NCBI GenBank assembly: GCA_022842935.1
Contig: JALHOP010000011.1
Span: forward strand, 90,206 to 154,205
Reading direction: 5' to 3'
DNA length: 64,000 bases
Source: Myxococcota bacterium
GTDB lineage: Bacteria; Myxococcota; XYA12-FULL-58-9; JALHOP01
Shown here: positions 19,000 to 31,222 of the stretch, piece by piece
How positions within the stretch are numbered: position 1 is the first letter of the stretch
How the letters are laid out: every line of letters starts with the position of its first letter
Translations under genes and position numbers: made by a program
Notes under the pieces: model-generated
Told to the model about the DNA's origin: nothing
Database searches by the model: none
The model's input: only the letters and a program-made list of their open reading frames with translations

Positions 19000-20382
19000 A
19001 TGACGAAGTCGGCGGCGGAGTTGTGGGGCAGCTTCTTGACGGCGGCGGCAGGCAAGCTGTCGGCACACGTCATCGATAGCTGGCTCGCGCCAATCCGTTG
19101 CGCCCGCTACGACAACGCGACCGTCGTGCTCGAAGTGCGCGATCAATTCGCGCGCGACTGGCTGCGCGACCACTACGTCGACTTCATTCGCGATGAGCTC
19201 TCGCTCGTTGCGGGCGAATCGGTGGCGGTCGACTGGGTCGTCAATCCCGAGCTGCGTCTGACCGACGTGAGCGAGGAGACCAACGCGCCACCCGAGAGTC
19301 CACAAGAGCGAAGCGGCGTCACGGAAACCGTGGATTCCGAGAAACGCGAATCACGTCAGCTCAACAGCCGCTACGTCTTCGACACGTTCGTGTCCGGGCC
19401 TTCCAACCAGTTCGCCTTCGCGGCCTGCAAGGCCGTCGCCGAAAACCCCGCCTCCAGCTACAACCCACTCTTCCTGTTCGGCGGTGTCGGTCTCGGCAAG
19501 ACGCACCTGCTCTCGGCCATCGGCCACCAGATCCTCCGCGAAAAACCTCGCGCCCGCATCATCTACACCTCGTCGGAAGCGTTCGTGAACGAGGTCATCA
19601 ACGCGGTCCGCTTCTCGAAGCTCGACGAGTTCCACAACAAGTACCGTCGCAACTGCGACGTGTTCTTGGTCGACGACATCCAGCTCATCGCGGGCAAAGA
19701 CCGCACCCAGCACGAGTTCTTCCACATCTTCAACACGCTCTACGACTCGCAGCGCCAAATCGTCGTGACGAGCGACAAACTGCCGCACGAGATTCCCGAC
19801 ATCGAAGAGCGCCTGCGTAACCGCTTCCAGTGGGGCCTCATCGCAGACGTCCAGCCGCCTGAAATCGAGACGCGCGTCGCCATCTTGCGCAAGAAGGCCG
19901 ACAGTGAGCGCGTCAGCCTTGCCGACGAGGTCATCTTCTTCCTCGCCAAAAACATTCGCAGCAACGTGCGCGAGCTCGAGGGCGCGCTCGTGCGCCTCAT
20001 GGCCCACGCATCGCTCACGGGCCAACCCCTCACCGCCGACTATGCGCAGACCGTTTTGGCGGACATCCTGCAGAGCCGCACACTCGCGCTCAGCGTCGAG
20101 TCCATCCAGAAGCTCGTGGCGAGCTACTACCAAGTGAAGATTGCCGACCTAAAGAGCGCTAGACGCCAGCGTATCCTCGTACGCCCGCGCCAGGTCGCCA
20201 TGTACTTGTGCCGCAAGCACGCCGGCGCGTCGTTCCCCGAGCTCGGCACCCGATTCGGTGACAAAGACCATACGACCATCATGAGCGCCTGCAAGAAGGT
20301 CGACTCGCTGCTCAAGACCGACGCTGCTCTGCGCAAAGAGGTCCTCGAGCTCGAGCGTCGACTCGACGTGCTCAACCCTTAA
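19000..20382 (+). CDS. dnaA: Chromosomal replication initiator DnaA
   Basis: ORF 18970..20382 trimmed to the ATG at 19000; an alternative GTG start is at 18988. The AAA+ region reads NPLFLFGGVGLGKTHLL, then VFLVDDIQ. The domain IV region reads RQVAMYLCRKH...SFPELG..FG.KDHTTI. Confidence 0.95.
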   Translation: MTKSAAELWGSFLTAAAGKLSAHVIDSWLAPIRCARYDNATVVLEVRDQFARDWLRDHYVDFIRDELSLVAGESVAVDWVVNPELRLTDVSEETNAPPESPQERSGVTETVDSEKRESRQLNSRYVFDTFVSGPSNQFAFAACKAVAENPASSYNPLFLFGGVGLGKTHLLSAIGHQILREKPRARIIYTSSEAFVNEVINAVRFSKLDEFHNKYRRNCDVFLVDDIQLIAGKDRTQHEFFHIFNTLYDSQRQIVVTSDKLPHEIPDIEERLRNRFQWGLIADVQPPEIETRVAILRKKADSERVSLADEVIFFLAKNIRSNVRELEGALVRLMAHASLTGQPLTADYAQTVLADILQSRTLALSVESIQKLVASYYQVKIADLKSARRQRILVRPRQVAMYLCRKHAGASFPELGTRFGDKDHTTIMSACKKVDSLLKTDAALRKEVLELERRLDVLNP

Positions 20383-20437
20383 GCAAAGCTTAAGCCAGCA
20401 ACTTGCGCTCCTAACCGCGTCGCGTCACAACTGCGCC

Positions 20438-20827
20438 GTGGGGGATGGTCGGGCAAAGCCCAACGGGTGCCGGGTTCTCGTCGTCGACGACGACGCGGAC
20501 AGCCGCGAGGCCATCGCCTTGCTGCTCGAGCAGCAGGGGTACACGGCGGCGCGCGCGGAAAACGGCCGGGCCGCACTCAATCATCTGGTCGCCGGCTTCG
20601 ATCCCGACCTCGTGCTCACGGACCTCTTGATGCCGGTCATGAGCGGCTGGGAGCTGCATGCCGCTATGAAAGAGCGCCTCGCGTGGGCGGCCATTCCCAT
20701 CGTGGTCCTCGCCGGCATGGGTCCCGAACAGCGTGGTCAGCTCACCGTCGAAGACGCCTTCGAAAAACCCGTGGACCTCCCGGTCCTCCTCAAACGGATC
20801 GCCGAGCTGTGCGGACTATCAGAGTAA
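20438..20827 (+). CDS. Single-domain CheY-like response regulator
   Basis: 129 aa. It reads RVLVVDDDADSREAIALLLE, then DLVLTDLLMPVMSGWEL and IPIVVLAG. There is no output domain. Confidence 0.85.
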   Translation: MGDGRAKPNGCRVLVVDDDADSREAIALLLEQQGYTAARAENGRAALNHLVAGFDPDLVLTDLLMPVMSGWELHAAMKERLAWAAIPIVVLAGMGPEQRGQLTVEDAFEKPVDLPVLLKRIAELCGLSE

Positions 20828-22590
20828 CTCCCGTCCTCGAGCTCGCGCTCATCGTCGCCATCGTTTACGTGGCGCGGCCGGTACTCGGGCCGCTCGCACT
20901 CGCGTTTTACATCGCGTTCATCCTGACTCCCCCGTCGAACGCCCTCGAGCGCTTCGGCGTACCCCGCGCGCTAACGGTCGCTGTCATGTGCAGCGCGGCG
21001 GTCGCTTTCTTTGTTTTCGTCGGCGCCGTGCTCGCCTCACAGCTCGTGGACCTCGCCTCCGAGGTCCACAACTACGTATCCCAGATGTCGGCGAAGCTCG
21101 CTGAGCTCCGCGGTGGCAAAGGAGGGTCCCTCGACACCCTCACGAGCGCCGTCAAGCAGCTCACGCGCGTGTTCGAGACGTCCATCGCCCGCACCGAGCG
21201 CGCCGACCCCGTGCGTATCGTGGGCAACGACGACACCCCCATTGAGCGGCTCGAGTCTTTCCTCGGCCCGCTTTTATCTCCCCTCACCGCCGTACTCATC
21301 GTCTCGACGTTGGCGGTCTTCGCTTTGGCGCGCCGCGAGGATCTGCGCAACCGGCTCATCCAGCTCGTCGGTCCGCAAAACGTGACTCTGACGACGCGCA
21401 CGCTCGACGAAGCCGTCCAGCGTATCAGCCACCTCTTACTCGGCCTCACCTACATCAACGCTGGCTATGGCGTGCTCATCGCACTCGGCCTCACTGTGAT
21501 CGGCGTTCCTTACGCAATCTTATGGGGCGCGCTCGCTGGGGTGCTGCGCTTCGTACCCTACGTGGGGACGTGGACCGCGGCGGCTCTACCGACCTTCGTG
21601 GCGTTTGCGACGACCCCTGGGTGGTTTGCGACGCTCTCGACAATGGGTTTGTTCCTCGCCCTCGACATCCTCACGGGCAACTTCGTCGAGCCTGTCCTTC
21701 TCGGTCGCCGCACGGGGGTGTCCGCTTTTGCGTTGCTCGTCTCGGTCATCTTCTGGACTTGGCTCTGGGGTGCTCTGGGTCTCGTGCTCGCGACACCCCT
21801 GACCGTGGTCGCTGCCGTGATGGGGCGCCATGTCCCGCGACTTCACTTCCTCTCGATCGTGCTGGGCGATGACCCGGGGCTACCGCCAGACGTGAACTTC
21901 TACCAGCGCGTCCTTGCGCGGGCCGGCAACGACGCCCTGCGCTTGGCGCGGAAGACCGCGAGTCAGGTAGGAACGCTGGCCACGTTCGATGCGCTCCTCG
22001 TCCCCGCTTTGCGTCACCTTGCCCGCGACATCGACGCGGGCGTTCTCAATCGTGATGCGGCCGACAGCGTGACGGCGAGCCTCTCCGAGATCGCCCGCCG
22101 CGTCCGCCCAAGCTCACGTGGGCCTGTGCGCCAATCGACGACGCGCTCCGGGGTTTTTCAGAGCGTTGCCCGCCGCCTCTCGGTCGACGAGCTACCGAAG
22201 CCCGAGGTCCTTGGCGTAGGTGCTGCGGGGTCGACCGATGCCCTGCTCATCGATCTGCTCTGCTACGGGATCGCGGCCGATATCACATTAAACCCGTTGC
22301 CCGCGGCGGCGCCGGCGCGCCTTGCGGAGACCATCATCGCACGCGAGCCACGCGTCGTGTGCGTCGCGGCGCTCCCTCCCGGCAACTCGGTGACGGCACG
22401 TTACCTCTCCCGTCGCATCCGCGCGGCGTTGCCCGCGACCAACATCGTCGTGCTCCTCCCTGCATCCGAACAGGAGAAGCCAGCTGAAACCGCCGCGCGC
22501 CTTCGTGAAGCAGGCGCCGACGCGGTCGCTTTTGACTTGAAAACGGCGCGCGAGGCTCTACTCCGCGCCTTGGGGATCGCAGGGCCGTGA
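20809..22590 (+). CDS. AI-2E/PerM (UPF0118) family transporter with a ~240-aa cytoplasmic C-terminal extension
   Basis: ORF 20467..22590. The N-terminal 114 codons are Arg/Pro junk overlapping the regulator, so I place the start at the in-frame GTG at 20809. It has multiple TM helices and the family-typical stretch GALAGVLRFVPYVGTWTAAALPTFVAF...LALDILTGNFVEPVLLGRRTGVS. Confidence 0.7.
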   Translation: MRTIRVTPVLELALIVAIVYVARPVLGPLALAFYIAFILTPPSNALERFGVPRALTVAVMCSAAVAFFVFVGAVLASQLVDLASEVHNYVSQMSAKLAELRGGKGGSLDTLTSAVKQLTRVFETSIARTERADPVRIVGNDDTPIERLESFLGPLLSPLTAVLIVSTLAVFALARREDLRNRLIQLVGPQNVTLTTRTLDEAVQRISHLLLGLTYINAGYGVLIALGLTVIGVPYAILWGALAGVLRFVPYVGTWTAAALPTFVAFATTPGWFATLSTMGLFLALDILTGNFVEPVLLGRRTGVSAFALLVSVIFWTWLWGALGLVLATPLTVVAAVMGRHVPRLHFLSIVLGDDPGLPPDVNFYQRVLARAGNDALRLARKTASQVGTLATFDALLVPALRHLARDIDAGVLNRDAADSVTASLSEIARRVRPSSRGPVRQSTTRSGVFQSVARRLSVDELPKPEVLGVGAAGSTDALLIDLLCYGIAADITLNPLPAAAPARLAETIIAREPRVVCVAALPPGNSVTARYLSRRIRAALPATNIVVLLPASEQEKPAETAARLREAGADAVAFDLKTAREALLRALGIAGP

Positions 22591-22713
22591 CCGCTGTGGC
22601 GGATTCTACTCAGTGTATTATATTCACGCGCTTTGTTCTTTCCGTTCGTCAAGACAGAAAGCGCCACTTCGGGTTCTCGGTGCACGATTCTTCTCGCTAG
22701 CAAAAAATCGACA

Positions 22714-22925
22714 TGTGGACGAGCTGTTGGCGGGCGCGTGTACAAACGTGTGCTTCCTGCGGGGGGGCGCTTGGGGTCATCTTCACCCCCGATCCATCAG
22801 GCTCTCGCTCACCACAGTTGCGCACAAGCGGATCATGAACGTTGACGCCGAGATACGTGCTCAATTCACATATCCACAGGCGATCATTATGATCATTGAT
22901 CTTGATCTGATCTATTTAGAAACAT
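22714..22925. promoter_or_regulatory. Candidate oriC element: two DnaA boxes plus an AT-rich GATC-dense tract
   Basis: TGTGGAC is at 22714..22720 and TATCCACA at 22871..22878. Next comes GCGATCATTATGATCATTGATCTTGATCTGATCTATTTAGAAACA, with five GATC within 22882..22912. This is the most AT-rich stretch I see in the window, and it lies directly upstream of dnaN. Confidence 0.5.
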
Positions 22926-23031
22926 CACTTCGAACCCGCTGTCGCCGAAACCCGGGAAGCCCGAATCCTGCGCTTGACAACGACGGCGCCGCACGCAAAA
23001 AGCTGCGCCACCTTTCGCCGAGGTCGTCCCG

Positions 23032-24141
23032 ATGAAGTTGAGCATCCGCACCGCAGAGCTGTCGCGCGCCCTCTACCGAGTGCAGGGAGTTGCCGACAAA
23101 AAGAGCACGATGCCGATTTTGGCGCACGTGCTGCTCAACGCTGCAGACGGCGGCCTCAAGGTTTCCGCTACCGACCTCGATGTTGGCTTGAGCGGCACAT
23201 ACGAAGCTCAAATTTCTAAACCGGGCGCCGTAGCCATTCACGCGCGCCAGCTCTACGAAATCGTCAAGTCGCTCACCAACGACATCATCGAGCTCGAGCG
23301 CCAAGACAACCACTGGGTCTCGCTCGTCAGCGGCACGAGCAAGTTTCGCCTGGTGGGTATGTCCGCCGACCAATTCCCAGCCCTCCCAGCGCAAACGCAG
23401 AACACCAAGACCTTCACGATTCCGGCCGCATTGCTCGCTCAGATGATCGAGCGCACCATCTTCTGCGTGTCGACCGACGACAACCGACACAACTTGTCCG
23501 GCATTTATTGCGAGGCTCCGAGCCCTAAAGTGCTGCGCATGGTTGCAACCGACGGCCACCGTCTCGCGATGTGCGAGAAGACCTTCGAGACCGACATCCC
23601 CATCGCTCAAGGCGTCATCGTGCCGCGCAAGGGCTTTCAAGAGCTGCGCCGTGTGCTCGCCGATGACAAAGACGCTGAGGTTCAACTCGGCTTCTCGCAG
23701 ACGAGTGGCATCTTGAAGACCGGCGCCGTCGAGCTATCGACGCGTTTGGTTGAAGGCTCGTTTCCCGACTACCGGCAGGTTATCCCGAAACAGGGCACGA
23801 AGATCGCCAAGGTCCACCGAGGCGCTCTCGGTGAAGCGCTTAAGCGCGTGTCGTTGCTCTCCCAGGGCCGGGCGTACGGCGTTCGTCTCACCTTCAAAGA
23901 CAATCAGCTCGAGCTGCGCGCCGAAGACCCCGAGTTCGGTGAGGCGAGCGAAATGGTCGATATCGACTACAAGGGCGACACACTGACAATCGGCTTCAAC
24001 GCGCGTTATATCCTCGATGTCTTGGCGCTCACCAACGAGGAAGGGGTGGCTTTCGAGCTGTCCGACGACCTCTCGCCCGGCGTCGTAAGGCCCATCGAAG
24101 ACCAGGGCTTCGTCGCCGTGGTCATGCCAATGCGTATCTGA
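23032..24141 (+). CDS. dnaN: DNA polymerase III beta sliding clamp
   Basis: 369 aa. It reads MKLSIRTAELSRALYRVQGVADKKSTMPILAHVLL and ends ...VVMPMRI. Length and three-domain layout are typical. Confidence 0.95.
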   Translation: MKLSIRTAELSRALYRVQGVADKKSTMPILAHVLLNAADGGLKVSATDLDVGLSGTYEAQISKPGAVAIHARQLYEIVKSLTNDIIELERQDNHWVSLVSGTSKFRLVGMSADQFPALPAQTQNTKTFTIPAALLAQMIERTIFCVSTDDNRHNLSGIYCEAPSPKVLRMVATDGHRLAMCEKTFETDIPIAQGVIVPRKGFQELRRVLADDKDAEVQLGFSQTSGILKTGAVELSTRLVEGSFPDYRQVIPKQGTKIAKVHRGALGEALKRVSLLSQGRAYGVRLTFKDNQLELRAEDPEFGEASEMVDIDYKGDTLTIGFNARYILDVLALTNEEGVAFELSDDLSPGVVRPIEDQGFVAVVMPMRI

Positions 24142-24233
24142 TGTTGCGGCGGGCCGTCGGGCGGCGAATCTGACGACCTGCTACCGCATCCGCGCTGGCT
24201 TGACGCTCGGCCTCGTAGTTAAAGGTGCATGGC

Positions 24234-25340
24234 ATGCGCATCGAACGGCTCGAGGCCCGTGGCTTTCGCAATCTCCACGCGCTGACCCTCGACCTCGAGG
24301 CGCGCGCGACGGTCCTGCGTGGCGCAAACGCGCAAGGGAAAACCAACGTCCTCGAAGCCCTTTACGTCTGCGCCACGGGGCGCTCGTTCCGCAACGCGTC
24401 GCCACGCGAGCTCGTCGCGCATGAACAACCACAAGCGCGCCTCGCGAGCCGCTTTGAACGCCAAAACGTACGCCACGACGTCGAGGTCCTCATCGACGAA
24501 AAACGGCGGAGCATGCTGGTTGACGGAAGAACGCTAACGCGGACAAGCAAGCTCTTACAGCTCGTCAACGTCGTCGCTTTTTTCCCCGACGACCTGCGTA
24601 TTGCCAAGGGCAGCCCCGAAGAGCGCCGCCGCTTTCTCGACCGAGCCGTGGGGAACTACCGCGCAGACTTCGTGGACGCGGCAACCAGCTACGCCAAGGT
24701 CTTGAAGAGCCGCAATGCGTTATTGCGGGCGGAGCGCGCGCCAGACCCGCAGATGCTCTCGGTTTACGACGAACAACTCGTTCAGCACGGGGTCGTCGTC
24801 CATGCCTCGCGGCAGGCGGCGCTGCGCGAGCTGCGTCCCGCAGCACAGAACTACTTCGCGTCCATCATGCAGGCAGCGACGCACATGCAAATCGAGCTCG
24901 ACGGCGGTCTTGGCGGCGAGGCTGCTGTAGCGGACAACGACTACGCGACGGTGTTCACCGAGCGTCTACGTGTAGGCTACCCGCGCGACCGGGCGCGCGG
25001 CGCGACGAGTGTCGGGCCGCACCGCGCCGACCTGCTCATGCACGTCAACGGACGGGACGCACGCAGCTTTGCTTCACAAGGGCAGCAGCGCGCCCTTGTG
25101 CTTGCACTCAAGCTCGCAGAGGTCGAGACTGTTGGACGAATGATCGCCACCATGCCGGTGCTTCTGCTCGATGACGTCTCGAGTGAGCTCGATGCCGAGC
25201 GCTCGCGCCTGTTGTTTTCGACGATCGATGCGTTGGGGTGCCAGACGCTCGTGAGTACGACCGGCGCAACGGACCTGCCTTTCGCAGGCGACACCCAGAT
25301 CTACGATGTTCGCGCAGGCGTCGTCGCGGTGGCCGCGTGA
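24234..25340 (+). CDS. recF: DNA replication and repair protein RecF
   Basis: ORF 24225..25340 trimmed to the ATG at 24234. It reads MRIERLEARGFRNL, has the Walker A GANAQGKTNVLEAL, the signature SQGQQRALVLALKLA and the Walker B VLLLDDVSSELD. Confidence 0.93.
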   Translation: MRIERLEARGFRNLHALTLDLEARATVLRGANAQGKTNVLEALYVCATGRSFRNASPRELVAHEQPQARLASRFERQNVRHDVEVLIDEKRRSMLVDGRTLTRTSKLLQLVNVVAFFPDDLRIAKGSPEERRRFLDRAVGNYRADFVDAATSYAKVLKSRNALLRAERAPDPQMLSVYDEQLVQHGVVVHASRQAALRELRPAAQNYFASIMQAATHMQIELDGGLGGEAAVADNDYATVFTERLRVGYPRDRARGATSVGPHRADLLMHVNGRDARSFASQGQQRALVLALKLAEVETVGRMIATMPVLLLDDVSSELDAERSRLLFSTIDALGCQTLVSTTGATDLPFAGDTQIYDVRAGVVAVAA

Positions 25341-25696
25341 GGCGGCTCGTGTTGTGCGTTGTGCTGCTCGGCGCGTCGAGCTGCGGCCGCGACGCCGAGC
25401 AGCTCAACTGTGACGATATCTTGCCCGCGGAGCAGACGAGCTACCATGAGCTCGCCCTCATCATCACGAACACCCAGGACCCGCGAAACTGCTCCCAATG
25501 CCACAACGGGGACGAGCCGGCGCGAGGGTTGAACCTCGAGACACCACAGTCGGCCTACTTCACCCTGCGTGACCGCATCGATCGCATCTACGCCAATGTC
25601 GCGACCGGCGAGATGCCCGAAGACGGTTTGACCTGGGGCGAACCGGAGCTACGGCTGCTGCGGAGCTGGTATTGCCGAGGTGCGCTCTATGACTAG
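25337..25696 (+). CDS. Small lipoprotein with a CxxCH motif (planctomycete-type cytochrome c, PSCyt1-like domain)
   Basis: The GTG at 25337 overlaps the recF stop (GTGA). The lipoprotein signal is VRRLVLCVVLLGASSC. It then reads NCSQCHNGDEPARGLNLET...GEMPEDG..WGEPELRLLRSWYCRGA, which resembles the PSCyt1 pattern CxxCH..L.L......MP......L...E...L..WI..GA. Confidence 0.6.
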   Translation: MRRLVLCVVLLGASSCGRDAEQLNCDDILPAEQTSYHELALIITNTQDPRNCSQCHNGDEPARGLNLETPQSAYFTLRDRIDRIYANVATGEMPEDGLTWGEPELRLLRSWYCRGALYD

Positions 25697-26228
25697 GCTC
25701 GTCGTTTTCTTCTTGTCCGCGATTGCGGTGACGCCCGTTGCCCATGCCACGACCTACTCTGTTGCCAGCGGTTCGCGGGTGAGCTTCCTCGCGCGCATCA
25801 CGGGCGGCACCTTCACTGCCACAAACGACAGTGTGAGTGGTCATCTCGGAACCGACGCGAACGGCGTGGTCGACGCTGGCGCCGTGGTGATCAAAGCGGA
25901 TGCTTTCACAACCGGCATCGGCATGCGCGATAGCCATATGCGCGAGAAGTATCTCGAGAGCGGCAAGTGCCCCGTCATCGCGCTCGACCTCAAAGGCGCA
26001 AAGCTCGTCACAAGCGGTGAAGCCGAAGTCGAGGGCACCATGGAGGCACACTGCGTCAAGAAGCCGGTGAAAGTCCGCGTGACGGTCGTCGAGAACGATG
26101 GCGTTCATACCGCGACCAGCACCTTCCCACTCGACATCACCCAGTTTGGTATTCCGCAACCGAAGATGGCCGTCGTGAAGATGGATACGACCGTTGACGT
26201 CACCGTGAGCATTCGTTTCAGCCGATGA
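25689..26228 (+). CDS. YceI-like periplasmic (polyisoprenoid-binding-type) protein
   Basis: The signal peptide is MTRLVVFFLSAIAVTPVAHA. The YceI-type layout reads YSVASGSRVSFLARITGGTFTATNDSVSGHL...FTTGIGMRDSHMREKYLE.... The start overlaps the upstream gene and the stop overlaps the next start (ATGA). Confidence 0.65.
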   Translation: MTRLVVFFLSAIAVTPVAHATTYSVASGSRVSFLARITGGTFTATNDSVSGHLGTDANGVVDAGAVVIKADAFTTGIGMRDSHMREKYLESGKCPVIALDLKGAKLVTSGEAEVEGTMEAHCVKKPVKVRVTVVENDGVHTATSTFPLDITQFGIPQPKMAVVKMDTTVDVTVSIRFSR

Positions 26229-27370
26229 CGCGACACCTCGCCATCATCGCGGCGCTCGCCGTAACCGTGCTTGCGCGAGCGGCACAGGCGTACCCCTCCT
26301 TCATCGCCAAGGGCTACACGAACTGCGTCAGCTGCCACTACAGCCCAACCGGCGGCGGCTTCGCCAACGCCTATGGAACCGGCACACAGCAGGCGTTTTT
26401 CCCAGACGTCGTCGAGGCCGACATCGTGGCGCGTCACCGCGAGAAAGCGAGCGTGACGGGTTACGACGAGACGACGGGTGAGCCCACGTTTCAGGTGGGG
26501 CTCGGGGTCGATACCCGCATCATGTTCGCCACCGTGCCCGCTGAAGACGACATGTCGGCTGGCTTCTCGTTCATCCCCATGTTGTTCGAGGTTGGCGGCG
26601 TCGCGGCTTACGGCAAGATCCTCGCCTATGGAGCCATTGGCCCGAAGGCGCCGGAGGCCGAGGGCATTGGCTACAAGGTTTTCTCCCGCGAGCACTGGTT
26701 ACAGTTTCGTTTCACCGACGCCCTGAGCGTGCGCGGCGGCCGCATGGTGTTGCCGTTCGGTATCCGTCAGCCCGACCACACGGCCTTCACCCGCAGCACC
26801 CTGGGTTTTGGCTACTACGGCCAGAGCTACGCGGCGGAAGCCGACTACGTGAGTGAGCGCCTGGCCATCGCGGTCGCAGGCTTCGGTGGCGATCTTGCCG
26901 AGCAGCCTGCGGGTCTTCGCGAGCGCGGCGCCGTTGGCTCGTTCACGTTCAACGTCGACGGTCGGGCAGCGCTCGGTGTCTCGGGTCTGTACGGCACCGC
27001 GGACCTCGCTCGGCGCACGGCAGGCGCGCTGTTCGCTCGCCTACGTCTCTTGGGTGCATCGTATCTGCTCGCCGAGGTCGACGTGCTGAGCCGCTCATCC
27101 ACAGGCCTCCCGACGCATACGACCATGGCGACTTACGCAAGGCTCGGCTGGTTCGTCCTCGAGTCGCTCGACGTTTACCTGGAGCACGACTGGCGGCAGG
27201 TCGAGGCGGCTCGCGGCGGCGCGGACGCCCTCCATCAGAACCGCTACCTTGCTGGCGCCTCGTGGTGGGTGCTCCCGTGGCTCGAGCTCGCCCCCCAGCT
27301 GCGGGTCGAGCGCTTCCCGGCGACCGGGTACTACACGGCCGGATTCCTGCAGTTCCACGCCTATTACTAG
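26225..27370 (+). CDS. Predicted outer-membrane beta-barrel protein carrying an N-terminal CxxCH motif
   Basis: 381 aa. The signal peptide is MTRHLAIIAALAVTVLARAAQA. The mature N-terminus reads YPSFIAKGYTNCVSCHYSPTGGGFANAYG. It has alternating-hydrophobic strands and an aromatic C-terminus (FLQFHAYY). Confidence 0.55.
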   Translation: MTRHLAIIAALAVTVLARAAQAYPSFIAKGYTNCVSCHYSPTGGGFANAYGTGTQQAFFPDVVEADIVARHREKASVTGYDETTGEPTFQVGLGVDTRIMFATVPAEDDMSAGFSFIPMLFEVGGVAAYGKILAYGAIGPKAPEAEGIGYKVFSREHWLQFRFTDALSVRGGRMVLPFGIRQPDHTAFTRSTLGFGYYGQSYAAEADYVSERLAIAVAGFGGDLAEQPAGLRERGAVGSFTFNVDGRAALGVSGLYGTADLARRTAGALFARLRLLGASYLLAEVDVLSRSSTGLPTHTTMATYARLGWFVLESLDVYLEHDWRQVEAARGGADALHQNRYLAGASWWVLPWLELAPQLRVERFPATGYYTAGFLQFHAYY

Positions 27371-27391
27371 GTCCGTGGATCTATAAGGTAA

Positions 27392-31216
<3,825 letters not shown>

Positions 31217-31222
31217 CGACGC

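Noticed and set aside
22613-23035. 140-aa plus-strand ORF spanning the AT-rich region upstream of dnaN
   Set aside because: It reads straight through the AT-rich GATC tract (AIIMIIDLDLIYLE). It has none of the GC3 bias of neighbouring genes and ends inside the dnaN start region.
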